This document shows positions 25,240-42,293 of a stretch of 45,716 nt of DNA, in pieces. A program made the position numbers and the translations under genes. The stretch is from Reclinomonas americana ATCC 50394. Lineage: Eukaryota. Each line of letters starts with the position of its first letter. Positions within the stretch are counted from its first letter, which is position 1. The stretch is from assembly GCA_048213135.1 (NCBI GenBank), contig PS015032.1, forward strand, positions 35,838 through 81,553, written 5' to 3'. The notes below the pieces were generated by a model. That model searched no databases. It was not told the DNA's origin and saw only the letters and a list, made by a program, of their open reading frames with translations.

Positions 25240-25986
25240 TCATTCGTCTCCATCCTCGTCCTCGCCGTCATCGTCACCTCCGCCAGCGCCCTCGTCGTCG
25301 TCGTCATCGTCGTCGTCTCCGAGTTCATCGTCGTCCAAGTCGAAATGCGGTCCCTCAGCGTAGTACTGGTACGCGTCCGGGTACACATCCTCCTTGATGC
25401 AGTCGGCCACCGCGTGGTGCGGGTTGTGGGTGACAAACATGCTGAAAATCGAGGCATCCTCTGCCTCATCGTCGTCGTCGTCCTGCATCAGCTCTCGTGG
25501 GCACATGCCGGGCTACGCATTGTCAGAACTGAATCCTGTCAACGGGAGGAGGTGGGAAGACACAGGCAGACANNNNNNNNNNNNNNNNNNNNGACCTTCC
25601 ATGCGATCCCGGAGCAGTCGACCGAAGCCTCGCCCGCGTCCGTGAACTTGGCCTCAAAGGACAACTCCGAGTCGGCTGAACGAGAAGGGGGGGTAAGTGT
25701 CAGCAGCAGTGGAAGGAAGAGGAGAAGGAGGAGAGAGGGGTAGAGTTACGCACAAAAGTAGGGATTCGCCTTGAATCGCATGGTGATCTTGTAGCCGGAC
25801 TTGATGTCGGGCGCAATGTCGACCTTGAGCGTCGAGAGGTGCTCCAGAATGCCAATGTCTCCTTCCGAGACCATTTGCGCAATCGTCGGGTGCGAGAGGA
25901 TCTGCGACAGGAGAGTGAGGGGGGAAAGTGTGTAACAGGGGACTGGGGGAGAACAAACAGACCGCTCGAGCCCAGAAGCCGTCGAC
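25240..25986 (-). CDS. NAP/SET-family nucleosome assembly protein (histone chaperone), 3' part
   Basis: Exons give VDGFWARA|ILSHPTIAQMVSEGDIGILEHLSTLKV...GYKITMRFKANPYF...SGIAWK...SIFSMF...VADCIKEDVYPDAYQYY followed by an acidic tail. The N-terminal dimerisation helix is not visible and is probably in the gap at 26268-26318. Confidence 0.85.
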
Positions 25987-26318
25987 CTGTCGGTTATCAA
26001 GGGCAGAGTGAGTGACGAGAGGCACTTCTTCACTCAATCTATGGGAAAAGGGTAGAGAATCAGTGATTCCAGTCTATTTCTCTCTTTCTTGCGAGTCTCC
26101 GTGCATGCCTGGCGACAGACAATGCGCATGCAACGCATGAAGCCTCGACGCACTCTCTGAACCTGTCTGTGTATAGGCAAAGCACTTGCAAGGTGACGAG
26201 TTGTCTCTCTCTTTTTGTGGTAGCATGTATGTCAAGTGCAGGTCAGGCGCTCCCAAGCCTCGAGTCCNNNNNNNNNNNNNNNNNNNNNNNNNNNNNNNNN
26301 NNNNNNNNNNNNNNNNNG

Positions 26319-29304
26319 GTCATCGCCGTTGGCGTCTGCGAGCGTCTTGGTGGACGCGGCACTCCGCCGCCGACCAGCGTGTACGTCCCGTTGGGCGTGG
26401 CGCTTCGAGTGCCGGCTGGGGTGGCACTCCGAGGTGCGGTTGGCGGGCGAGTCGATGTGCCGGTCCGTGAGGGGGCGCGTGGTGGCGGTGGCGGAGGGGT
26501 GCCGGCACTGCGCGTGCGGCTCATGGTGGGCCGCGGCACCGGTGCGCGCTTGGCGGCGGATGCAGCAGGCGCTGCCGAATGCCGACTGGCCACACTGGCC
26601 ACCGAGCCCACACTGGTGTTCAGTGGATTGCCGGTGGTGGCAGAACGACGGTGCGTCGTCGTTGTTGTTGTCGTTGTTGCCGTCGTTGGAGTCGGTCGCG
26701 GCGGCGCCGGTGAAGCGCGCGCGACGGGTTTTGCCGTGGTGGCAGTGGATGCTACACTCACGCGACGCCCGCCACTGGCGCTTGTTGACCTGGTGGTGGT
26801 CGGGGTCGGATTGCGCGCATTGGTGGTTGTCGGTGAGGCAGTTGAGGCGGCTGGTGTTACTCGACCGGAGGGAGTCGGAGCGCGCGCAGTGACCTTGGCA
26901 GTGGGCGTGGCGGATCGGCGAGTGGAAGTGGCCGAGGTGGGCGCAGGGGTGGGCACAGTCGGTGGGCGACTGGCCGGTGCCATGGAGCTCACCGACAAGC
27001 GCGCAGACGACTGCCGCGAGGGGCCGGTGGTGGAGTTCATTGTCGTGGCGGATGTCGGTCGATCACCGGCTGGCAAAATGCGAGCAGTTGTGGCGTTGCC
27101 GATGGATCCACGCGGGCGACCCAGTGGTGNNNNNNNNNNNNNNNNNNNNCCGGCGTCTGGCGTCGTTGCGAAGTGAGAGCAGCGGCGGCGGCGACGGCAG
27201 CCGTGCTGCTGACCGACAGCCGATGACCCTTGCCCGCAGCAGCGGTAATGGACGGACTCGGTGCTCGCACATGCGTCGGCTTGGGCGAAGCAGGGGCATT
27301 CTGCGGCCGCCCCAGCAGGGGACGACGACGCGTCGCCGAGGTGCTCATCGCGGCGCGCTTCTGGGCCTGCGGCGACGACGACGACGACGCAGCAGCTGCA
27401 GGTGAGTCGGGCGCCGGCGTGGGAGCCCGATTGCGCGACGGCACCATGCTCGGTGACGTGGGAGCGCTCATCGCCGGTGCGGCAGGCAGCGACAGGAGTG
27501 ACGTGGGTCCCGGCGGCAACTCGGCCGGTGGCTCATCGCTCTCCCACAACACCTCCTTGATGCTCTTGAGAATGAACTTGCCACGCTCGATGCGACGCTG
27601 GTACTCCTCGTCGTCCTCGCCGGCCGCGGGTGTGGCAGTGCGCACTTTCTTCTCCACGGCATCGGCACAGGCCTTGACCCACGAAGCCGACGATGGCGTC
27701 GTCGGCGCCGGCGGCTCGGACGGTGCAACCACCACAATCGCTGCCTCCGGCTTTGTATCCGCCACGGAAGCCGACGCCTCCGCCGCAGCAGTCAGCACCT
27801 GCTCATCGTCAATCCACAGCTGCAGTTCCTCCTCGTTGAGCGGCACCCCGTCAAACAGACCAATGCTGCGTCGCTCCTTCTTGCGCTTCGACTTGGTTCG
27901 CTTCACCGCCGGCGACACACCNNNNNNNNNNNNNNNNNNNNNNNNNNNNNNNNNNNNNNNNNNNNNNNNNNNNNNNNNNNNNNNNNNNNNNNNNNNNNNN
28001 NNNNNNNNNNNNNNNNNNNNNNNNNNNNNNNNNNNNNNNNNNNNNNNNNNNNNNNNNNNNNNNNNNNNNNNNNNNNNNNNNNNNNNNNNNNNNNNNNNNN
28101 NNNNNNNNNNNNNNNNNNNNNNNNNNNNNNNNNNNNNNNNNNNNNNNNNNNNNNNNNNNNNNNNNNNNNNNNNNNNNNNNNNNNNNNNNNNNNNNNNNNN
28201 NNNNNNNNNNNNNNNNNNNNNNNNNNNNNNNNNNNNNNNNNNNNNNNNNNNNNNNNNNNNNNNNNNNNNNNNNNNNNNNNNNNNNNNNNNNNNTGCCGGC
28301 TGCAGCTTGTTGCTGGCACCACCACCAGCGCCGAGAATGCGATTCGTCTGCTGACTGGCACCGAGCACATGCGACGACAGCAGTCCGCCCATCGGTTGCG
28401 CCACGATGCGCTTGCCGACCACCGCGTTGAGTGCCATCTCGTCATCATCATCGTCATCGTCGTCGTCGTCGTCATCGTCGACATCATCGTTGGTGGGAGC
28501 GCTGCTGGCTTGGTTCTCGGTGTTCTCCTCGTTCTGCTGCTGCTGCGTCATGCGCTCCATGAGCAGAGAGCTCAGTCGGCGACTCAAGCGCTTCTTGGTC
28601 GTCGAGCGTGAGGAGGGCACGGCGGGAGAGCGCAGGGACTCGGCCATGGGCACAGGCGACGAGTGCAGCGGCGGGCGAGGTGGTGTGCCCTTCGAGGCCG
28701 AGCGCACCAGCGCAGCGCGACTGAACAGAGGTTCCTCGTCGGTGATGACATCCACCTCTGAGACGGAGAGGGTGAGACGACACAAACACGCACAAGAGAG
28801 AGTATGTGTGTGTATGAGATAGAGACCTTGCAGAATGCGGAGGTCCTGTATGGCGCCGGGTGAGTGGCACTCGCCAGGAGGACGAGTGTCTGCAAAGAGA
28901 AAACACCAACAACGATCGCTGATGAGCTTCGGTGCAGGGAGAGCGCAAGAAGGGGGGAGGGCGTGGATGCCAATAGTATGAGAAGTGCAAGAGGCAATTA
29001 ACGCACCCATAGACATGATTGGACAGCAGCAACGAGCGAGACCTGCCTTCTCTCGCAAAAATGTGCAAAAGATAAAACGGTCGTCCGGTATTTCATGCAG
29101 CGTCGGTTGCCAAAGTTCGATGCCACGGAGGAGAGAGAGAGACGTGTCTCTGTCGCCTTGCATCCCACTGCCCATTATGTCTGCCTCGCGCCTGCATTCC
29201 TCCTTCACTTCGCAATCGATTTCTTGTGATGCACGTGTCACAATATTGTTCGGTCGTATGCGTGCGTTCCCGTCCGCCACCAGCCTTGCCAACATGCTCC
29301 TCAT
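26319..29304 (-). CDS. Hypothetical low-complexity Ser/Thr/Pro/Ala/Arg-rich protein (boundaries uncertain, interrupted by gaps)
   Basis: Long GC-rich open frames (KKRLSRRLSSLLMERMTQQQQ..., EYQRRIERGKFILKSIKEVLWE, S/T/P-rich tail) with short GT-AG introns near 28760-29040. Start could be 29304 or 29175. No recognisable domain. Confidence 0.55.
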
Positions 29305-29568
29305 CGCTACGCGGGCAAGGCGGCAGAGGGAGGGAACGCAGAGATGAAGCAGGGCGCTGCGGACGAATTTGAACTCGCGATATCGATCGAACACGTTCGC
29401 AAGCACACAGCTACCGCAGTGCAAGCGATGCACGAAACTGCGACCGAGCGCCACGGCGGCGACCACCGGCAAGAGCGATCGCCGTGACACAAGAGCGTTG
29501 TACATGACCGAAAGTCAAAATTCCGACTCCCGCCAAAAAATCACAGGAAACCCTTGCATTTTCGCGTG

Positions 29569-29908
29569 ATGGCGCGCTCTCTTCCCCTCGCACTCCTCCT
29601 CCTCCTCCTCCTTGTGGCATGCCTCGTCACAGTCAAGGCGGCGGTCGATGAGCTGGAGGAGGCGCGTCGCCACCGAGTGTATGAAGTTGAGGTGGAGGCG
29701 ACTGGGCTCTTCAGGCACAGAAGCAACCGAACTCCAACGACGATCCGTGTGTCGTGGAAGGACCCAACCATCAAAACTATCGAGCAAGCAGGTGCGCGTG
29801 TGTGTGTTGAGTCTGCTGGTTTCGCGTGTGTGTGAGGGGGGAGAGAGAGAGAGAGTGCNNNNNNNNNNNNNNNNNNNNCTTCTTCTCGTTTCGTTCGTCT
29901 CTTCTTCT

Positions 29909-29958
<50 letters not shown>

Positions 29959-31849
29959 GTGCAGTGCGATGAGAGCGATTCGAGTTCGTCACAGTCCGAG
30001 AAATGCATTCTTGTTCACCGTCTCACTGCGTGTCTTTTATGCTCAGACATCGCATTCGCCGTCTCAGCAGCGGCGGCGCGTGGGTCTACTCGTGCGTGGG
30101 CGTCTGCATTTGCTGTCGATCGCCAACGACGGCTCGGATGTGGACCTTGTTGGTGAGTTTGTACATCCAGTTGCCGCACACGCACTGTTGTTGCTGATGG
30201 GTGAGTGTAGCCGAGGATTTCGGAACAACCGAGCAGCTGGAGAGTGCGTTCATTCCGGCCATGGCGATGGCCATGCGTCTGCAGTTGGAACGCAGCATGC
30301 CAGAGGCGAGTATAGGTGCCTCCCCATTGCCAACCCTTTCACTGTCGCTCACTGCATTCTTTGATGCTTGCGCAGCCGACGCCAGTGGAGTCTCGCTTGT
30401 CACGGCTGGAGTACCTGCGCAAGGGATTCCGCATTCCAGTGCCCGCCTTTGACACCACTTTCCTCGACTTCCCTTATGCTATTCCCGGGTGGGAGTTACC
30501 AAGTATGCTCAATTTTCTCTTACGTTTACCTATTCTGTATGTCGCCCTCAAACCCTCTTTTCCTCTCGCTCTCCAACAGGTCCGACCCTGCCAGACGAGT
30601 TCCCCTCGTTCAGCATGCGAGACAACAACAACAATACGACTTCTCATCAACCTATCGTTGTCCGAGCCGCTGTGGAGCGCTGCATGGAGGAACCAGAGGT
30701 GCGTATAGATAGTCAACTTTGGAATTCCGCAAGTTTTCTTACCTCTCCGCGTGCATCGCGAAGCTCATCGCCTGGTACTTTGTGGTGCGTCACTCACTCG
30801 CAAGAAGAGCTTGCCGTGTGTCACTGTCTCCTCACCATTGTACGTAGCCACCCTCCACCGTGCACGAGCGCTTCTTGCCACCACCATTGCCGCCACCGCC
30901 CGAGTGGGCAGGCGATGTCGATGGACTCGTTTCCCTTCGCTTGCCTGGACCCTTCGAGCGCATGCGCTATCGACATCCGCAGCCGGCTCCAGCACCTGTG
31001 CAGCGCGGCTTCATCATGAACTCGGGTCGCGGAGAACCGCCGCTTGTCGAGTGCACCGTGTGCGGATCGCGATTTGTGCGCGCCCATCCACCGCCGCCAC
31101 TCGGTCCGCGAGTGCGCATTCTCATTGCGGCGTGGTGCGGTGATGTGGAACGCGAGGCGCGTGACAATGTGCGCCAGACGTGGATGCGCTACCGCAACGT
31201 GTACCACGCACAGCACAACCCGCACGGCTCACTACAAGTGATCTTTGTGATGGGTCGTCCTCGCTCCGCCGCCACGCGGCAGGCGCTGCACGAGGAGTAC
31301 TTGCAGTACGGTGACATGGCGCTCCTCGACATCCGCGAGAACATTTACAACGGAAAGAACCTGGAGTGGTCAAAAATGGCGCACGACACGTACGGGCGCA
31401 GCCAGACGCTGCGGTACGTTGGGCGAGTGGACGTGGACGTGTTCTTCCGTCCTCTGAAGATGGAACACGAGTTGCGACGGCTTCCGCGTGAGCGTCTGCT
31501 GTGGGGACATACCATCTTTGGGTACCGTGGACGGCGGATGTTTGAGTACCCTCTCGGGCCGGCGTACTTTGTCAGCTGGGATCTGGTGGTGTTCCTGCGC
31601 CGCACGACTTCAATCTCGGCAGTCGACCGGATGGGAAGCGAGGACTGCGGCTTCACGCACTACTTTGTCAAGTCCGACCTGCCGGTGCACTTGGCCTCCG
31701 ACATGCGGTTCCACGATCTCCAGGGCCACCGCCGTGGCCTGTTTGTCGAACCAACGACCGACAAGTCCATCAACATTCATCGTGTGCGCGACCTGGCGCA
31801 GCTGCAAATGTTTATGCAGCGCTTCCCTGACGGGTTGTACGCTGTTTGA
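29569..31849 (+). CDS. GT31-family (beta-1,3-galactosyltransferase-like) glycosyltransferase, tandem copy A
   Basis: Hydrophobic N-terminus (MARSLPLALLLLLLLVACLVTVKA). Last exon has ARDNVRQTW, VIFVMGRP, LHEEYLQYGDM, a DxD motif (RVDVDVF), EYPLGPAYFVSWDLV and SEDC. Confidence 0.8.
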
Positions 31850-31973
31850 GCCGTACGTAGTGAATTTGTTATGCGTTCGCTGAAGGCAGTGATAATCGTG
31901 AACCACCACGCAGCTGCAGCCGACTCGAACTTCGAGATATGTCCTTGCGCACTTTTTTCAGGACTTCCGTCGC

Positions 31974-33246
31974 ATGCAACCGCCGCGGAGAGTGGTGGTT
32001 TCGCGCCTCGCTCTCCTCCTCTTTGCGGCATGCCTTGTCACTACCACCACGGCGGTGGTCGATGAGCTGGAGGAGGCACGTCGGCAAGGCGTGCACCTGG
32101 TAGAAGTGGAGATGAGGGGCATCATTGCGGGCCGCCCCGAGATTCCAGTGGCCGTGGCCGTGTCGTGGAAGGACCCAGCTATCAAAACCATCCAGCAGGC
32201 AGGTGTGATAGCGCGTCAGCTTGCATGCATGGTGCATTTTGCGTGTCACTCATGTGGTGGTATGCGTATCCATTATTGTTGTGCAGTCGCGCGAGCTGTG
32301 GGCGAGGTCGAGGCCTTGGCGTACCCACCGAGGCAGCGCAAACTCATGCATCTCGCGCAGATCGCGTTGGTGGAGAAGGGACTGTGGGCTCCCTCCAGCA
32401 TGCATCGGCGACTGTTGTCATTCACGACTGTGGTGCGAGAAGCGGTGAGTCTCGTGTGCGCACGATGCACACTTTTCGTGTCCGTCCAGTGTGTTTGCAT
32501 ACCTCTCTCGTCCACCACGGCCACACGGCATTCACCGTCTCCACTTGCATGTGTCGTACTTGCCGCCCTTCCCTCCTTTTCCTGCTGTACATGTGCACGT
32601 GATTGCCTGCTCTTCGTCGTTGTTCTCCGAGGTTTCTTCCATCCTTTCTCTCACGAGGCACGCACAATGTGTGTGCGTGAGAGATATCGTTCCTCGTCTC
32701 ACCGTCTTTCCATCGTCCACCTCGACACAGCCCACCCGCGTGAATTCGCCGTCCCTGCTGCGTCGCGTGGGTCTGCTCGTGCGCGGACGTCTGCACTTGC
32801 TGTCGATTGCCGCTGACGGCTCGGATGTGGACCTTGTTGGTGAGTTTGCGCATACACTCGTCCACTCGATCGTTGTGCTGATGTGTGAGTCCAGCCGAGG
32901 ATTTCGCAATAACCGAACAGCTGGAGAGTGTGTTCATTCCGGCCATGGCGATGGCCATGCGTCTACAGTTGGAGCGCAACATGCCTGAGGTGAGTAGGTG
33001 TTCTTCCAGAACCTTTCTCCTCCCTCTCTCAATGCCGCCAATTGCTCTCGTGCAGCCCAAGCCGATCAAGTTCGACTTGTCACGACTGGAGTACCTGCGC
33101 AAGGGATTCCGCATTCCAGTGCCCGCCTTTGACACCACATTCCTCGCCTTCCCGTTCGCAGTGCCCGGGTGGGAGTTATCATGTGCGTCCACTCTTCCCT
33201 CCCCGCTTCCCTGCATTGCACGTGATACTTAGCCTCTCTTTCTCTC

Positions 33247-33288
<42 letters not shown>

Positions 33289-33409
33289 NNNNNNNNNNNN
33301 NNNNNNNNAGTGCCGGGTCGGGAGGTTATCATGTGCGTCCACCTCCTTCCCTTCCCCGTCCTTCCCTTCGTCATTGTCACGTTATACTTACGTCTCTCTT
33401 CTCTCTTCT

Positions 33410-33452
<43 letters not shown>

Positions 33453-34765
33453 CTCTCTCTCTCTCTCCCTCCCTCCCTCCCTCCCTCTCCAACAGGTCCG
33501 ACGCTGCCTGACGAGTTGCCCTCATTCGGCATTCGCGACCACAATCCAATCACCGGCGCCCATCAGCCAGCAGTCGTTCGTGCCGCCGCGGAGCGCTGTG
33601 CGCACGAACCAGAGGTGCGTACCCGATCCCCAGCTTTTTTCAACTTCTGTGAGAATTCTCATCTCTCCCGTGCCGCACACAGCTCATCGCCTGGTACTTT
33701 GTGGTGCGTCACTCACTCGCAAGAAGAGCTCGCCGTGTGTCACTGTCTCCTCACCTTTGTACGTAGCCACCATCCACCGTGCACGAGCGCTTCTTGCCAC
33801 CGCCATTACCGCCGCCGCCCGAGTGGGCAGGCGATGTCGATGGACTCGTATCACTTCGCTTGCCTGGACCCTTCGAGCGCATGCGCTATCGCCACCCGCA
33901 GCCGGCTCCAGCACCTGTGCAGCGCGGCTTCATCATGAACTCGGGTCGCGGAGAGCCGCCGCTTGTCGAGTGCACCGTGTGCGGATCGCGATTTGTGCGC
34001 GCCCACCCGCCACCGCCACTCGGTCCGCGAGTGCGCATCCTCATTGCGGCTTGGTGCGGCGACGTGGAACGCGAGGCGCGTGACAATGTGCGCCAGACGT
34101 GGATGCGCTACAGCAACGTGTACCACGCACAGCACAACCCGCACGGCTCACTACAAGTGATCTTTGTGATGGGCCGTCCTCGCTCTGCCGCCACGCGGCA
34201 GGCGCTGCACGAGGAGTACCTACAGTACGGTGACATGGCGCTCCTCGACATCCGCGAGAACATTTACAACGGAAAGAACCTGGAGTGGTCAATCATGGCG
34301 CACGACACGTACGGGCACAGCCAGACGCTGCGGTACGTTGGGCGAGTGGACGTGGACGTGTTCTTCCGTCCTCTGAAGATGGAACGCGAGTTGCGACGGC
34401 TTCCACGCGAGCGCCTGCTGTGGGGACATACCATCTTTGGGTATCGTGGACGGCGGCTATTCGAGTACCCTCTCGGGCCGGCGTACTTTGTCAGCTGGGA
34501 TCTGGTGGTGTTCCTGCGTCGCACGACATCAATCTCGGCAGTCGACCGGATGGGAAGCGAGGACTGTGGCTTCGCACACTACTTTGTCAAGTCTGACCTG
34601 CCGGTGCACTTGGCCTCCGACATGCGGTTCCACGATCTGCAGGGCCACCCCAGAGGCCACTTTGCGGAGCCGACAACTGACGAGACAATCAGCATTCATC
34701 GTGTGCGCGGTCGGGTGCATCATGACTTCATGGAGCGTTTCCCTGACGGGTTGTACGCTGTTTAG
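31974..34765 (+). CDS. GT31-family glycosyltransferase, tandem copy B
   Basis: Same exon structure and motifs as copy A; catalytic exon nearly identical to A. Confidence 0.8.
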
Positions 34766-34858
34766 CCGCAATGAACTTGTTATGCGTTCGCTGAGGGCAG
34801 TGATAATCGTGAAATCACGGCAGTCGAACCTTGCGCACTCTTTTCAGGACTTCGTCAC

Positions 34859-37832
34859 ATGCAACTACCGCGGAGAGCGGTGGTGGCACGCGTCGCTGTC
34901 TCGTTTCTCATTCTCAGTGCCCTCTTTCTCCTCGTTGCGACATGCCTCGTCACTGCCAGCGCAGTGACGATCGATGAGCTGGAGGAGGCGCGTCGGCAAG
35001 GCGTGCACGAACTGGAAGTGGAGATGAGGGGCTGGATTGCAGGCGTGGACATCCCAGTGCTTGTGCTTGTGTCGTGGAGAGACCCAGCTATCAGAACCCT
35101 CCAACAAGCAGGTACGCATTGAGCGCGGAAGATGTTGGCGGCAATCAATGTCTTTCCTCTCTCTTCTCTCTCTCTCTCTCTGTCTCTCTCTCTCTCTCTC
35201 TCTGCACGTCGCTTTCTCTTTCTCTCTGTGCACATCTCTCTTTCTCGTGATTCCTCTGGAAAGCTGGGATGCGATGCAGCAATCTGTCTCACATCTCGCT
35301 GTCTGTTGCCTTGCATGCAAACCGGTTCAGTCGAGCAAGCCGTCGGCAAGGGCGACATCGTGGTGAGTCCACCGCGACAGCGTCAAGTGATGAGTCAGCT
35401 GCAGCTCGCTCTGATGGAGAAGGGCCTGTGGGGCCCGTCCAGCTGGCGACAGTTCGTGCCATTCTCGTCCACAATGCGACCGGTGAGTGTCTCGCCACGC
35501 AGCATTTGGTGTCTGTTCTTCTGCTGGATGTTTGCATGCACGTTGTCTTTGTTGTTCTTCCTCTTTCCTCTTTCCTCTTTCCTCTTTCCTCTTTCCTCTT
35601 CTTCTCTCAATCTCTCACTCTCTCTCTCTCTCTCTCTCCCCGCTGCGGTGCGACGAGGGCTGTGTGGTGCGTTTCCATGGGAGACGGAGAGATGTGCAGA
35701 GAGGGAGGGAGAGCGGGGTTCATTCGCTCATCTTCTCAACTTGATCCACTCTTGACAGCCGCCTCGGCCTGCTCCTCTGCCGCGCCGACGAGTTGGCCTG
35801 CTCGTTCGTGGACGCCTGTACTTGCTGTCGGTCGCTGCTGACGGCTCGGATGTAAGCCTTGTCGGTGAGTTTGCACATCCTGTTGCCGCACACGCACGTT
35901 GTTGCTGAAGTGTGTGTGCAGCCGAGGATTTCGCCAGAGCTGAACAGCTGGAAAGCGTATTCATTCCGGCCATGGCAATGGCCATGCGTCTGCAGTTGGA
36001 ACGCAACATGCCTGAGGCGAGTGGTTGTGCATGCCACTCCATTGCCAACCCCTCCTCCGTCTCTCAATGCACCCTTTGCTCTCTCATGCAGCCGAAGCCA
36101 ATCAAGTTTGGGTTGTCACGACTGGAGTACCTTCTCAAGGGATTCCGCATTCCAGTACCCGCCTTTAACACCTCGTTCCTTGCCNNNNNNNNNNNNNNNN
36201 NNNNNNNNNNNNNNNNNNNNNNNNNNNNNNNNNNNNNNNNNNNNNNNNNNNNNNNNNNNNNNNNNNNNNNNNNNNNNNNNNNNNNNNNNNNNNNNNNNNN
36301 NNNNNNNNNNNNNNNNNNNNNNNNNNNNNNNNNNNNNNNNNNNNNNNNNNNNNNNNNNNNNNNNNNNNNNNNNNNNNNNNNNNNNNNNNNNNNNNNNNNN
36401 NNNNNNNNNNNNNNNNNNNNNNNNNNNNNNNNNNNNNNNNNNNNNNNNNNNNNNNNNNNNNNNNNNNNNNNNNNNNNNNNNNNNNNNNNNNNNNNNNNNN
36501 NNNNNNNNNNNNNNNNNNNNNNNNNNNNNNNNNNNNNNNNNNNNNNNNNNNNNNNNNNNNNNNNNNNNNNNNNNNNNNNNNNNNNNNNNNNNNNNNNNNN
36601 NNNNNNNNNNNNNNNNNNNNNNNNNNNNNNNNNNNNNNNNNNNNNNNNNNNNNNNNNNNNNNNNNNNNNNNNNNGGCCATTACCTCTCACTCGCGTGCTA
36701 TGGTTTCTGATCGCCCTCTGTGTCCGTACAGCTCATCGCCTGGTACTTTGTGGTGCGTCACTCACTTGCACCAGATTACCAAACCATGCATGTTCCTTCC
36801 TCTCTCCTTACCCTTGTCCATGCACGGCACGCGCAGCCACCCTCCGCCGTGCACGAGCGATACTTGCCACCACCACTGCCGCCACCGCCCGAGTGGTCGG
36901 GCGATGTGGACGGACTGGTTTCACTTCGCTTGCCTGGACCCTTCGAGCGCATGCGGTATCGTCGCCCACAACCGGCTGCGGCATCGGTAAGGACTGGATT
37001 CATCATGGACTCGGGCCGTGGAGAACCGCCACTTGTGGAGTGCACCGTGTGCGGCTCGCGATTCGTGCGCGCCCACCCACCGCCACCACTTGGTCCGCGA
37101 GTGCGAACTGTTGTGGGTGCCTTGTGCGTCGATCTGGATCGTGAGGCGCGTGATCGCATGCGCCAGACGTGGATGCGCTACAGCAACGTGTATCATGCGC
37201 AGCACAACCCGCACGGCTCGCTGCAAGTGATCTTTGTGATGGGTCGTCCTCGCTCTGCCGCCACGCGGCAGGCACTGCACGACGAGTTCCTGCAACACGG
37301 TGACATGGCGTTCCTCGACATCCACGAGAACGTACACAACGGCAAGAACCTGGAGTGGCTGTTTATGGTGTACGACGCTTACGGGCACAACCAGATGGTG
37401 CGGTACGTTGGGCGCGTGGACATGGACGTGTTCCTTCGACCGGTGAAGATGGAGCGCGAGCTGCGACGACTTCCGCGCGAGCGTCTGCTGTGGGCGCACA
37501 CGATTCTCGGGTACCGTGGTCGACGGTTATTCGAGTATCCTCTCGGGCCGGCGTACTTTGTCAGCTGGGATCTGGTGGTGTTCCTGCGTCGCACAACATC
37601 AATATCGGCAGTCGACCGGATGGGAGCCGACGACTGTGCGGTGGGATACTACTTTGCGAACTCCGACCTGCCGGTGCACATGGCTTCCGACATGCGGTTC
37701 CACGATCTCCAGGGCCACAAAAAGTCGCTCTTCGAGGAGCCCACAACCGACGAGTCCATCAACATTCATCGGGTGTCCGATCTGCCGCAGCTGCAGGCAT
37801 TCATGGAGCGTTTTCCGGACGGGGTGTGGTGA
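34859..37832 (+). CDS. GT31-family glycosyltransferase, tandem copy C (internal gap)
   Basis: Same exon structure; DxD is RVDMDVF and the SEDC motif reads ADDC. Confidence 0.8.
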
Positions 37833-37941
37833 CTGCTGTGACGGCTGTGAGGGTGGGATGGAGCGTAATAATGATAGTGAAGTGAGTGCGGCCACAGTGC
37901 AAATTCGTTGTTTCGCGCTCTCGGAAAACTCTATCTTGCAC

Positions 37942-42195
<4,254 letters not shown>

Positions 42196-42293
42196 AGGTG
42201 TGTAAAAATGCAACAGATACACTTGTGGGGGGTATTGTTGGGCAGTGGGAACTTGTGAACTCTTTCTCTTCCTCCTCCTCGTCAACGTCGTCG

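Noticed and set aside
33161-33400. Near-duplicate of an exon end and intron start on both sides of a short gap
   Set aside because: A degraded copy flanking Ns is typical of a contig-overlap artefact.
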